From Dicyema japonicum (taxonomy: Eukaryota > Animalia > Dicyemida): a stretch of DNA of 64,000 bases. Where the stretch lies: assembly GCA_011109175.1 (NCBI GenBank), contig RDEW01000016.1, positions 236,049 to 300,048 on the forward strand. Direction: 5' to 3'. The position numbers and the translations under genes are program-made. Below are positions 12,693-25,954 of the stretch, in pieces. The notes below the pieces were generated by a model. The model worked only from the letters and a program-made list of their open reading frames with translations. It ran no database searches and had not been told where the DNA came from. Position 1 is the first letter of the stretch. Every line of letters begins with the position of its first letter.

Positions 12693-14299
12693 ATGATTAA
12701 TATACCGACTGTCCTTATTATTAACTCAAAATTTTGATCTCTTAACTTGAAGACCTTTCCCTTATGGTCTCTAACCCGCATGTTATATCATAAGAATTAT
12801 TTTTACCACTATTCAGGACCCATCAATAAAAATTTCCTTATTTCTAAAAAAGATTGCGGACAAGTAAGTACAAAAACACATTAGTACAAGACATGTGGCC
12901 AAATAGATACACAGAAACCAACATAAATTAATTGTTTCCTTGCGCCACGTTCAGTATCCACTACACTCCTTTCTTCCAAGCTCTATCTGAGACAGATCAC
13001 ACCCGAGATATAAGTGTGCGATATATGCAATCAAGGCCATAGTGACGACCGGTAGTTGGGAGGGTCTGTTCACGTGGTTGTGATAATCATTTAGAAAGAA
13101 ATAAACGAGAAAACGTGAAGACAGAGTATAAAAGTGGATGAAATTTTATTCCGATGTTTTTTCTAACAATGTGAAATGAAGGTAAAGGATTTAGTTAAGT
13201 TTTTTTCGCGTGCGTTCATTCCATTTCTTCATATGGAAGTGATCATACAAAAAGCGTGTTATTACGATTCTTAAAAGTCAAGGGGAAGCAGGGATTGATA
13301 TTGCCTTACATATATGGCTCGACGGGACCTTATATGAAGATGAAGATAATGCATTAATGTAGATCAGAGAAGTAACAGAAAAAGGATGGTAAATTTTTTG
13401 AAGAGATCCAATTATTTATTCGAACATCGCAGTGCGAAAATGAATCATGAGAGATCTGAGGTCACAGGAGGGGAGTCAATGCTGTGGCAAGACTTGTGTT
13501 ACAAAAAGCCCAAAAATACGTTCTTTACTTTCCTTTGGTAATAAAGTCGTTAATGGTTAATGGCTAAGTGACGAGAGAGAAGAAAAAGCATACAGTGCGT
13601 AATTTATTTACCTTCGGTCCCATCTGATGAAGGGAACCGGTGGCGAACAGGAATTCACAACCAAGATCGGACGCTCTAGAGATCCATTAAATGTATTTGA
13701 TGCGACGCGGAACTCGACGGCGGACTCGAACAAGAAAAAAGGTAGTCCTTCTTCGGTCGAATAGAAAGCAGAAAAAGGAAAACGATAAAGGCAATTGTCT
13801 GATTATGTTCAAATACGAATAAATCCGTATGGTGACCACAACGGAGGTGCACCAAGGAGACACGAACTTCCTGCGGTGTAGAAACTGCCCTTCTATCAAC
13901 GTTAGGTGGAAGTCGTCCAAAAGCAAGGATCCTACATGACTAGGTACTGGTAGTCCAATTACAAAGAAATTGGTTGATCCTGACTCGTTCAAGCATTTAG
14001 AACTTGTCTCCATGAAACAACATTGTCCATGAAGAAGAATAGTGAATCCTTTTGATACCGGCCAGGCATTGGGCATCTCTTCAGTAAAGTGGATCTAATG
14101 ACGCCATCAGAAGAAAGGAAAATAATTTATGACCAACTAGCCACATAGCACCACGTGGCATGTTAAATATAAACTATTAAAACCCCTTGTCAACAAACGG
14201 AAAGAAATATGGTTATACACCTGAATACAAAATTATTTTAAAGTCAACGCTTGAGACAAAAAACCAGTTTTGTTAACATACTGACGTTACATCAAATAT

Positions 14300-14505
14300 T
14301 TATTTTGCTTGACGAGTGACGTCTTTATCAGTGAACATTTCATTGCGAAACCGGGTCGCCTACTAAAGGACTTACTTTACATAAAGAAAAAAGAAGTGAA
14401 GAGCATTCCTCGGTTCTCACTTATGCTTACTTCTTATCTAAGATAAAGTGTTTCCTGTCTGCGATGAGCTATAATTAATATGGCTCTTAGTAAAGTGCAA
14501 TATTA
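14300..14505 (+). mobile_element. SINE family 1 copy (3' part)
   Basis: ttgacgagtgacgtctttatcagtg...aagaagtgaagagc...atatggctcttagtaaagtgca. Confidence 0.7.
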
Positions 14506-14899
14506 ACACGGGAAACGTCGAGAAAGCAGGTAATAATAACCGAACTAGTAGTCATTGAAATAGGCTTTCTCCAATTAATTAAAAACATTAATCAAAATTT
14601 TTACCATTTGTGATCGTTGGAGAGTAATGTTCTGTCCATTAATCTATCGTTCCGTGATTTTAGAAGCCCTTTTTACTGACTTTGATCATAAAAAAACATT
14701 TGTCTAGGAAATGAACGGATGCATAAGAAAAGTATGGCTTAATGTATTGCTTGTATATAGTTTTCAAAATTTGGTGATTTCAGATCTTCCATTCCCCAGA
14801 GAGACATCTCAACACGTTATTTTTTTCACATCTTGTTACTACATTTTCAACATGGGGATAAAATGACACGTGCATTACCCTAAGGATCTAAAAAAGTCT

Positions 14900-16540
14900 G
14901 TTAATTTCCCCCCAGTTGCGGATTTTTTCATTTGCATTCCTAATATTTTTTCGAAATTATAATAATCTTTCAAAGCTTCAGGAAACAAATTGAAAATGTT
15001 CTTTTCAAGTGTATTCATCGCTGTTATTGTTCCAAATGAGAATAGGTACATTTTACTCCGTCGTATATATTCTCGTAATCATTTTCTACTTCATTCTCAG
15101 TAATTACATCTTAATTATGTTATTTAAACTTTTCCAATTCATTATTCACCAATGAGAGAGTTTAAAAACGACATTCATCAATTTTCTTCCAACAATTAGT
15201 GATCGATTCAGAGTGTATTTTTGCCATGTCTTCCCAACAATAATGATTATTTGTCTGAGATTTACTTGCTTTAAATTCAACATTGTAAAGTTATCATCCT
15301 CAAAAGATAGGGTAAAATCATCAAATTATTTAAATAATTGGATTGAACGATTTAATAACTCCCATATCTAAGGGTTGAATTAATGATGTTGCATTTTTTG
15401 GCAGAAAAAATAGCTCAATGTTAGAAAAATGATTATTCTTGTGACAACTTGCATTTTCAAGCAAAAGGACAATTTTTCGGTTGTGTTGAATCATTTCTTC
15501 GTTGACAATGTTCAACCAAGTAATAAATATATCAGATGTTATCCAACAATTTTTAGAAACCAATATAGAGAACTCCGTTCTCTTCAGGGTTAAAATTTTT
15601 CATACAACGTGGGGATTTATATTTTCTATTAATAATGGCTTCAATTTTTCGCCACAAGCACTGACCGACAAAAGCATAGTGACTTTTTCTTTACTCCTTT
15701 TAATTCCAAAACAATCTTCATTTGAAGTCACAAATGATTTTGTTGTTGTTTTTTGATTTTTAATGTACAATCCCGTTTCATCGCAGTTGAAAATATTTTC
15801 AATGCCATAGTTATTGACACAGTCATCGTGCTTATCAAAAAAATTCCAAGGCAAAAAATATCACACGAATTTTTTTCACCACTTATTGTCTTAAATGACA
15901 AATTGTGTCTTCTTAAATTTTTCAAGCCAACCAATCGAACCTCTGAATGAGGTATAGTTCAAATTCCTAGCTACTTTTATAGCAATGTTTTTAAGAATAG
16001 GTCCTGAAACGGGAATAAATTCTTTCCTTGCTTTAAAAAAGCATTCATAAACAATTTTATCGAATTTCTGTGACAGACTGTCTCTTCTCTGTGAAATTTG
16101 ACTAAGACAATTTGATTGTACGGACCCATTATTTATAAAGTTCATATAATTTTGTTTAATTCTAGATACTGCTCCTAAACAATAGAATTATCAGATAACC
16201 TTTACTAATTCTATACTTTTTGACAATATCTCGTTCGCTCATGAAACAATTTTCGTTGATTTCTTGGGCAATTTTAAGCTTTAACTGCCAGAGTAAACTT
16301 CCTCCCCATGACAACAAAAACGCAAATCTAGCACGCGAAGTTTAAGAAAATTTTATATAATTAAATTTAATATTAATTGCAAGACTATATAAATTAAAAA
16401 AAAAATTAAGTGCCCCACTAAGAGGTTCAGGTAATTTCCAAATTTGGAAATTACTGTATAAAAATGATCTAATTTTCAAACTGCCCCAAAACATAGGTGT
16501 GCCCCAATGAGGAGGTCCGCCCCAAATGGAGGTTGCACTG
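14900..16540 (-). mobile_element. Tigger/pogo transposon, decayed
   Basis: Terminus ...ggttgcactg followed by TA; IPVSGPILK..A, FRGSIGWLEKFK, IFNCDETGLY, KIVLLLENASCH, FLPKNATSLIQPLDMGVIKSF. Confidence 0.9.
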
Positions 16541-16544
16541 TAAT

Positions 16545-17141
16545 AGGCTTTGTCAAAAATATTATAGAATATCAATCCATAGTGAACATTCTAAATGGTG
16601 ATTTTGCACAGACATTTTCAAGACAAACAAAATACAAATTAATGAAAAAATCCGAGAATTTTTTTGTCATTGATGGTCGACTATACCTAAAAGACGGAAT
16701 TTTGTAAACCTGATAGACACTAAATCCCTATGCGGCCTTCGGCCGCTGTTCTTCAGATAGACACAACGTTATCAAACAAAGTATGCTTTTTCTATTGGAA
16801 ATGAGGTATTTAATGAATAAATTTAGATACGAGTTTTTAAAGGATTATGGACAAATCCATCGCTAAGTTAAGCAGATTTGAATTTCCATATGAAGAGCTA
16901 AGTAAAATACTCAAATTTTGTCAAAACAACCAAATAGAGGTTTATTTAATTTTTATCACAGATTAAGGCAGGATCAGGAGAATTGAAAATAGTCAACATG
17001 AATCGAGTCAAAATATAGGCTTTAAAAAAATTCTTGATTTTTGATTAGAAACCAATTAATGTTGATTTAATGACAGGTGACATGTCGATTGACAGGTAAA
17101 TGTAACCATCACTGGATGGGTAGCCCGTGCGGGACGCGACA
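16545..17141 (+). mobile_element. Internally deleted Ginger-like element with right TIR
   Basis: GFVKNIIEYQ...KYKLMKKSENFFVIDGRLYLK aligns with the N-terminus of the 47604 transposase; ends aatgtaacc...gcgaca. Confidence 0.7.
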
Positions 17142-17279
17142 TTTTATAATAAAAAGTTGTTTTTTTTAAATTAATACAATTGAATTGACGCCTGCTTTGT
17201 ACACAAAACAAGCATGTTCTCTGATTTTTTTACAGGCAATTAAAATAAATTATTTTTAATAAAAGAGAATTTGATAAAT

Positions 17280-19200
17280 TCTTCACCTCCACAGTCTGCA
17301 ACCGGTCTTGAGACGTGATGCCAACCTCTATGGTAAGGACTTGGCCAGACTTCTAATCGTGTACCACAATGTCCGGTTTATTGTGCTTGACTAGCACCGA
17401 GGTACGGATAACACTGTCTACCTTAATTTGGTCCTTGGTGTTTTCTACTACAGATTGCACCTTATGAGTCCGCAACTTTCTGGTGTGGCGAATACCATAC
17501 TTATTGCATAGAAGATGAAGACTCCTTACTACCTCGTTATGCCTCCACACATAGTCGTGGCAGAGCATGAATCCACATCTAGTGGCTAAATGATCAACCG
17601 ACATGCTCCTTGAATTACAGTGGGACATGTATTGTTGATCGACCCAAAAAATATTGCGGTCTTGCATATACGTGTACAGCGCCTCCGATCGAGGTGAGTT
17701 GTCACCGTATTTTAGCCATATTGTCGACGACTTAAGGTCGACATGTGGGTTGTCCAATGCTCTGAGGACCTTATGAAGGCTTTTTAAGTTAAGTCTTTTC
17801 CATCAAATTATTATATTGTAATTCGATCAACGCCTTCACATTTACTAGCCCACCATCATCAACACTATACTTAGCAGACAAAAAAGGTCTCTCCTTATTG
17901 GCTGCCAGCACATGGACATGGTTTCTTTCTGAGTACTCCACGGATCATAACATCCATTTCATCATACTCTTTGGGCTCAAACTCCACAACACCTATGTAG
18001 TAGTTTAGCAACGAGACAGCATACTCATTTAATGCTAGGAACAAATTCCTTGCATTTAGAGACGTCTTACACAATAACGCTGCTCTTTTAGGATGCCTTC
18101 AGTAATTTGTCGCTTTTTCGCAAGCATTATAAGGGACTTGGAGATTCGGTAACACCCAGATACTTATATCCTTCGTGTTCCTCTAGGAATCTTACTAATT
18201 TGCTACATACTTGCGTGTTATGCGCAGACTTTGAATAATTCAAATCTAGTCCTTATACTCTCAAAGAATTCTGGCACATACCCCCATGGAGTAGAGTTCC
18301 TCAGCTGTTCGAGCATACATCTTCTGGTCATCGATAAAAAGAAGGTGATTAGTACTGAAACAAACCCCCTCACAATGAACTGGTATTTGCTCAAACCGGT
18401 CATTGAGGCGGCGACTCAATGGCTCCAAACAGAGAACAAAGAGCAGCGGAGACATGCTATCCCCCTGAATGATCCCCCTCTTGAGTTTTACCTCGCCTAT
18501 CCGGTGCCTATTATAGTTCAGATGAATACTCCACCTATTCATCACAGCCACTACAAAGCTGATGAACCACACAGGCATACACAGACTGTGTAGGCACTCG
18601 ACAAGGTAAGAATAATCAACTGAATCGTAAGCCTTCTTACATCACCCACATAACAAAAGTGAGTTTCCGTGAGACACAAAAGGCATTTGTTGATCAAAGC
18701 TTCTCTTTTGCCCTCTGACAATTTCGCACAGTAGCCAAATGATTCTCGGATAAAATCCCATTTGCTTCTACAAAACTCCTGACCTCATTAGCCACCAATT
18801 TGGTCATCAGGTTATCGGTCAATAATCTGCCGCAGACTGGGGGTTATTCAGCTTTGGGATCAAATAAGTTATCCTGTGCATGCCTAATCAGGAATCGTTT
18901 CTAGGTTAGTGATGCTTTTCTGTAATACACGACACATAGACTCGTGCAATGAAGTGCATCTTTTGATAAAGAAATTATAAACTTTATCGACCCCGGTCGT
19001 TTTCTAATCAGAGAGATGTCTCACTACCGCCTCAAATTTCTTGCGGAAATCGAAAATTCCGCAAGATTCTTCCAAAAAAGGAGCGGCGCTTTACGGGACA
19101 TTCCACGCATTTCCTCTGCGTGGTTTAGCCTCCCACATACTACCCCATATGGAAAGCATTTTCGAAGTCAAATGTGTCGTAGTTGAACACTCACATTCGA
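17280..19200 (-). mobile_element. R4/Dong-like non-LTR retrotransposon (RT plus restriction-like endonuclease), decayed
   Basis: RGIIQGDSMSPLLFVLCLEPLS, NHLLFIDD, zinc-knuckle remnant VDHLATRC, RHNEV, HNKPDIVVHD. Confidence 0.85.
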
Positions 19201-19749
19201 AACCATGTGGAAGTGGCATTCGGGCAAATGGGGTTTAATTTTCAGAGTACGAGTTTCTCCATTATACGAGATAATGTGCACGTCAATGAAATTGGACGAT
19301 AAGAAAAAGGTAAGGTTTTCGGTTTTTCTGGTTTTAGGAATGGTATTATAAGTGAGTTCTTCTATTTGCATGGGATGACGTTCTTGTTAAAAGACAAATT
19401 AAAAATTGACGCAATCGAATTGATTGCAACATTACCAAGGTGTTTAAAAGACTCGTAGATTTTAAATGTCCAATAAATAATAATAAGCAGTTCCACGGCA
19501 GTTCCACGCTCTATCTTTCTTTTCTCTGATGAGTTTTGTAATTCTCTGATTTAAACATTTGATATTTTTTAAATCAGAAGAGGTTTGTGATGATTCCTCT
19601 TCATGGAGTTTCTTTGTTTGATGAGGAGACGAGTCTCCGAGTCCAGAGTTGGCTTGTAAGAATTGTAAACTGTACGTGGGACAAACAACTTTTCAGCTCG
19701 AAGGATTACATGGTTTAGATGGTCCGCTGCTTAGTCGATGGAGCAAAAT

Positions 19750-20716
19750 GAGCTGGGATCAAAATGTATTAGGTTATGGTCAATAAAGAGCTTAAAATTT
19801 GACAGTCAGCTTTCTTGTAAACCTTGAAGGTTGCTTTTTTTAAGTGAGTTATTGAATCGGCTCAGTTTTATTATAATCGGATTATGATCACTATGAAAAT
19901 CGTAGGAGACGTTCCATGAAATCTTCGGGCAATCCTAGAGAAGGCAAAGGATATGTCGGGGGAGGTTGGGTTGTCATTTCTTCGGACTGGTGTCCTTAGA
20001 AAATGTTCGGGTGATTCAGAATCGCCAGTTTATCGAGAGAGTTGATAATTAGACTCCCCCTTTTGTCTGCCGACTGGGTATTGAACCATTGCGGATGTTT
20101 GGCGTTGAAATCCCCACATAGTAACACATTTCGAATTTCGTGCTGTTTGTCGAGCTTCGGAACATTGCTATTAGGACAGGATCCCGGCGGGGAATGTAAT
20201 TGTTGATTAGAATAGGATGTTCTGACCCATCAATAAAATCAATAAAAATTTGTTCCGCGGTCCTGTCGTGTAGAATTAAATCATCTACTTGCGAGCTCAC
20301 ATCATGGAAGGATAAACCGTTTTTAATAATGGCAAGTAAGCCGCCACCACGTCCAATACGGTCTTTCTGATAGAGATGTATCCAGGAAAAAGTGGGGTTG
20401 TTCTCTTTGTAGAAAGTTTTGACTCCTGGATTATGAAAATGTCACTCTTGTGCTTCGTTAATAAACATCGTAACTCCAGAATCTTTGTTTTTATACCGTT
20501 AGCATTGAGTTGCATAATAACAAGGGGTTTTGGTCCAGGGTTTTGTTCAATATCTCCAGAAAGCAATAGAATCCAGGGGAACAAACATCTCGAGTCTCCA
20601 GTTGAGGTATACAATCCAGGCATACGAAAAGTCTGGGTGGGGAAAAATGGTTCTTTTTGATGTTATTCAACACTGAGCGTCGCCATAAAAGATGAACCAC
20701 ATGACGCCACGGTAAC
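19750..20716 (-). mobile_element. 5' part of an Ingi/Vingi-like single-ORF LINE: leader, 2A-like peptide, APE
   Basis: LLLSGDIEQNPGP then IMQLNANGIK...IIQESKL; further APE motifs (NAKH..W, PDISF, DFHSDHNPII) in shifted frames. Confidence 0.85.
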
Positions 20717-20999
20717 TACAAAATTTAACCAACAAAAATTGGTGTAAATCTTTTATAAAATACTTTCACACATAATAATTATGATTACCTAAGATTAATC
20801 TCTATTAGTAAAAATAATGATTTCATACAAAAATGCACAAATTATTCAGAAACTTAAGTATTGATTAATTTTCAATAAACATGACAGATGTTGGCACCTG
20901 TCCAAATCACCTGTCATCACGCTCAGCGCTCGCGGCATAATAATTTTGGCTCTTTCGCGATTCCAAGTTAATGACTCATATGTCCAGCAATGACCAAAA

Positions 21000-21530
21000 A
21001 AACAATGTCATTTAAGACATGGCAAAAAATTCTGGGAGTCATCTATGACACGCATATGTAATTCTCTGGGTAGTTGGAGTTAAATGAATGAATTGGCAGT
21101 TAAAAACGTGTTAAACAAATGTGAGTAAAAAATCAACCTGCTGAAATGCTAACGGGCTATGAAAAATCAGAAACAATCAAATACTAAAAACACTTTACTC
21201 TAATTACATTGAAGCTTGCATTCTCTATGCATGTGCCTCAAGGGGACCTTCACATCTCTTGGACTAATGCACTGAAAATCGCGCTACACAAAAAAATATT
21301 GGAATGACAAAGAAATGGTCTACTGACAAAAGGAACGTGATACCCACACCCTTGGAGATCCTTATCTGAAGGAGTAACGGAGGAAAACTGATCAAACGTT
21401 ATTAGGAGAAAACCTGACCTTAACGAGCTTGTGTAGAATCGAGGGAGGAGCATCGAGCCGAGCTGAGAGCCTGGATTAATTTGTCGTGATCATTTGTTTG
21501 TTTTTTCGTCTTAACGGTGGTCTTGGAATA
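21000..21530 (+). mobile_element. Decayed LINE 3' part
   Basis: ILGVIYD motif; 3' end cgagcttgtgt...gagggagga...ggtggtcttggaataaa shared with other copies. Confidence 0.65.
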
Positions 21531-21729
21531 AATATTTGATTTAAGTATTGAGGCAATGAATCAGATTCCAATAAACTAGGAAGAGCCACGCGAGAATCAG
21601 TTAGACTGCTAGCTTTGAGGGTCTATATTTTGTCACTACACTTTCACTCAGTTTAACTCTTCTTGTTATAAATAAGCACGTGTTATAGTAAAAATAGGTT
21701 TTTCGGGAGAACGAAACGTCTAATGAAAT

Positions 21730-22011
21730 CGTATGCAACAGACTAGGGATCGAATCGGAATGATGGACTTTTCTTGTCAAACAGATCCCACCCGTAAGCG
21801 ACGAATCTCTCTGACATGACACAGTAGTTGGAGGGATCTTCTTACTTTCTACCTGGTAAGACGTGTAATGAAAATGGAAGAAGGCGGACCTACTTCTCCA
21901 CTTCTCGTATGAAGCGCAACCAATAATAAACTATTGTAGAATGAATTTGGTCATCATAAACATAACTTCTTCTTTAGATCAATTATCCGTGACTGTTTGT
22001 GCTGGGCTTAC
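21730..22011 (+). mobile_element. SINE family 2 copy
   Basis: ttcttgtcaaacagat.ccacccgt, ggcggacctacttctccac and gactgtttgtgctgggcttac shared with 10703-11129. Confidence 0.85.
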
Positions 22012-22484
22012 TAAATATTGTTAACCTTAATAAATATTATGAATATAAGACTTCCTTGTGACAAATTTGAAAACAATATCTCCAAGGGACAAATCTAATA
22101 GCGATCCAATTATAAATACAGCCTGAAATCGCATAATTAATATTAACTAGTGTATACTTCTGTCACTCGTGTCGTAAATTTTTTGAAGAATTTTATTTCC
22201 ATTGAGGGGGATGTCCATGACATAGTCTCCAAGCTTTCGGTGAGTTGTGAATAAAGTCAATGCTGACTTTTCTGCACATGTAAGTGATTTTTTGTAAAGC
22301 CATAAATTAAGATTATTAGATATAATAGAAATTTTGTTTGACGCCACCAAAGGTAATAATGATAATAATAAAGCCTTTTCACGAGAGCCATAGTATTTAT
22401 AGCTCCGCATAGGCAGGACACACACTTTATTTAAGTAAAGAACAGTTAATTTTAACTAATCGTAGAATTAAGGAATGATCTTGA

Positions 22485-22661
22485 CTTTTTTTTCTTTTTC
22501 TTGTGTGAGTGTCCTTTCTAGACAATCCAGTTCCGCAGTGAGTATCCACTGATGACGGCGTCACTCGTCAAACTCTTTCTGTATCGTAAATGCGTGGAAC
22601 CTTCCACCAGGTGAACAGCAGCGAGATTCGAACCCGTAACCTAACCACTATGCCACCCGGC
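22485..22661 (-). mobile_element. SINE family 1, best-preserved head
   Basis: Minus strand reads gccgggTGGCATAGTGGttagg...GGTTCGAATCtcgc (Pol III A and B boxes), then the family core and an A-rich stretch. Confidence 0.8.
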
Positions 22662-23169
22662 TTTACCACCAAAGGTAAGGAAGAGAAATTTTCAAATAAG
22701 CATCCGCATGACACCACGTGGTAGGTTTTCTACAATTGGGTTTTAGTTTTGGTTGTATTAAGGAATTCACATACCGCAGAACGATCATAATTTTGGATTA
22801 ATGACTCATCATGATGATTTTTTAATTTAAATGAATTTTTCTAACTTTTCTAACGATCCTTGATAAATTCAATCAGTTTTCTTGATTTACTAATGTTTTC
22901 AGTTTGGTAAAAATAATATTGTCATCCAGCATAACTCATAATATTGCATATAAAACATTTGGTAGAACATTATTTTAACTTTAGAAAGGAATTCGATACA
23001 TGTTAGCACGTGTTACTGTTATTATTTGAATCATTGATGGAAAGACTGGAAATTGGTGTTTTAATATCTATGGAAGGATTTCGAACACTCGGGAAATTGA
23101 TTTTTGTCATTTTGTTGAATGATTTTTATAATTTTAATTTGTTAGATTTTTTCAATTTTATACAACACT

Positions 23170-23310
23170 GTGACCGAATGGTTAAGTGTAATAAGTTCCG
23201 AATCAAAATCCAGTAGGTTAAGTTTCAATTTGGTTAAAGATTCTACGCATCTACTATGCTTCTGGGTTGACGAGTGACGCCGTCATTAGTGTTTCATCAC
23301 TTGTCTTATG
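23170..23310 (+). mobile_element. SINE family 1 copy
   Basis: gtgaccgaatggttaag head and ttgacgagtgacgccgtcattagtg core. Confidence 0.65.
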
Positions 23311-24045
23311 GGACTCCACGCAGGATAAAAATAAAAGAACGAAAAGTCGATAACATTTTCAATGCCTTGGATTAATCAGAAAGACTTTAAAACTTCTTAA
23401 AAAATTATGAGTTCTGCCTAAGATGAGGTTTAAGTAATGGAAACATTATAACTTCTCGGCGGAACGGCTATTATTATGCAACTTAAAACTAACTTAAAAT
23501 GTTTAATAAAAATTCAGAATAAAAAAACACTAAAAAATATTATTATTTTATAATAGAAATGTGGTGGATTCGAGAATTTGTTAGATATTAATAATTTTGA
23601 TGTCGCATTCATGAGGCAACGGATTCGAGAAACGGCAAGTTAGAAAAAATTTACTGTAGTTAGAAAACGTGAACCAACAACTATAACATAACTTACTACC
23701 GACATAGAAGAGTGGTTAATTATGACATAATCTCCACAAATTATTTAGGATGACTGGACTTAACACATGAAAAAGTCACGTATTGTGGTAAATAATTAGA
23801 ATTTGCGATACTCATTCAATTTTGAACTTAAATCACACTAAATAAGTATTTTCGGATAAAATATAATTTATTATTATTATATTTGTTTATGTTATAAACC
23901 CACGTGCACTTTAAATTGCTAGTTTATATAACATATATTGTGGTATAATATTTACCAGAGTACATTTCCACGCAATTACAGCATGAAATTTCAAATATTA
24001 TTTATTTAAAAATTAGCGACATTTCCGTAAAATAATTTTCGCATA

Positions 24046-24783
24046 ATGGGAACCAACAAACAAGATGGTCAAGAGATTGTGCCAGATCGACAAAAACTTG
24101 GAAGTAGTAAAAACTCAGAAAAAACATACAAACTGAAAAACCTGAAAGCAGATTTGTCTGTCCCTCATAAAAAGACATACCATTGCACATTTTGCAATTA
24201 TAAGACTATTCACTACAGCAATGTGTTTGTCCACATGAGAATTCATACAAGTTTTGGCTATTTTTCATCTGTAGAAGAAATGCCATACTTTTGTGGATCA
24301 TGTGGATACAGATCAAGCCAGGGAAATACTCTGAAGATGCATATCATTTCCAAACATGGGGGAGATGTCGGCAGTAACTTTAACATTGATAATTGGAAGA
24401 GGGTGAAACTCCGTGTTGTGAAGAAAAGGAATAATAATATAGTTGTGTTAGAACTTATTTGATTAGACACTCGCTCCTTTCTACAATGGACGTCCAATTT
24501 TTGATATCCCCAAAGAGGAACCACCGTTTATCAAAAAATGTCAAAAGCAAGGCTCTCAAATAAATCATTTTCTATTAGTGAACTTGCAAAATCTGATTTT
24601 CCGCAGTTTCAACAGCCAAATATACTCGACGTCCAAAACCAAATTGATGCTTATCACTTGCTGTCTTCTCTACTGAGATTTCGAGACTTTGTTCATCGAA
24701 TGTCCCCATATTTCATAAATAATAACTATCGTTGTATGGCTGCCAAAAAACTCTACGATATTCAAAATGCAATTTTTATTTAA
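24046..24783 (+). CDS. C2H2 zinc-finger protein (2 fingers); 3' exon structure uncertain
   Basis: CTFC..HMRIH and CGSC..HIISKH; removing the 24-nt intron 24251-24274 restores a TKEMPY linker; the downstream ORF has FSISEL (eh1-like). Confidence 0.75.
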
Positions 24784-25954
24784 GATTATGTTTAATTCAG
24801 AAGAAACCCATTATGGCTAGTGATTTGATTGAAATTAGTAGAATTCTTAAAGAATAGTATGTTGATGCTACTTTTAATATTATTTTGCTTTAATAAATTT
24901 AAAATTGCTTTATTTTGTTGAATGGTGTGTTCACAATAGAGTTAAGATTTTATAAGATACTAAAGACTGACTATGTGGAGTTTTACTATTTGCTGACGTA
25001 CATTTCAAATTCAACCATTTTCTTGTGAGTCCCGTTCATAAATTTCATAAATATCTATTGTTTAATTACGGATGAAAGGCTTGTTTTTTGTTATATGAGT
25101 AAACAAAATGGTAGATGAGAAGGCATTTGAAAGCTGATATTTTAAAATAAGAAAGTTCGATTACACAAGACTTGGCAGCCAGTTTCCCTCAAAATAGACT
25201 TGTCCAAGTTCTTTATAATATAGTGCCAATGAGATTCAGTGTATTGACGCTTCACTATTTTGAAGTTTCGTATATTTAATGTCTTGAGTACACCTTGTCA
25301 CGGAGAAGAGGTTGAAATGAGGTACATCCATTTTGATGAGATAATATTGAACTTTTAGATTCTTAGCAACTTAATCTAATCTGGTAGGGGAAATTTAGAA
25401 AACCATAGACTGGTATCAGTAAGGGCTAACAACGACTTAAATTGTACAAAAGTAACTATTATGGTTAAAACAGAGAGTGACATGCTGATAGGTCATTTTG
25501 GTTCTCATATCCGTCTACAGTTTATTCACGTGGTTATATAAGTTAATTATATAAGTCAATTTTTGATTGATTATTTTTTTAATTGCCATTTCTATTGGAA
25601 TAATTGAGAAATGTTTATTAATTATGTCAATTGTACTAATTATTGGTGCAACCGCAAAATAGCAAATTTTTAGTTGCAAATAATTTTAAAAGAATAGAAT
25701 ATTGAGTTGAACGCTTTTGTGATGTCTACGGATAAAAGTAATGTCCTTTGATGGGGTTTATGGGATTTAAGCATATTTTTACCTAAAAATTAAAAGTGCC
25801 TATAAAATTGTTTATCGTAAAATGAAATCTAATAGTATTGATATTTAGGTTAGAGAAGATTTATAGAGTTGTATTTATCTGCATTTATCCAGCTATCCCA
25901 TCTCGCTACGGCTAAGATTTGGATAAAATAATTTAAGCGAATTTCTAACTAATT

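Noticed and set aside
13000-14150. LTR retrotransposon gag/pol remnant with a PBS-like tggcgaacagg
   Set aside because: No paired LTRs or clear motifs; too decayed to support.
22549-22575. ctgatga...aaac as a hammerhead ribozyme in SINE family 1 (also at 5856)
   Set aside because: The GAAA core is absent (caaa/caat), no stems I or III were found, and it is antisense to the SINE.
22600-22661. Functional tRNA gene
   Set aside because: A and B boxes are present but the anticodon arm is missing, and it continues into a dispersed repeat body, so it is a SINE head.
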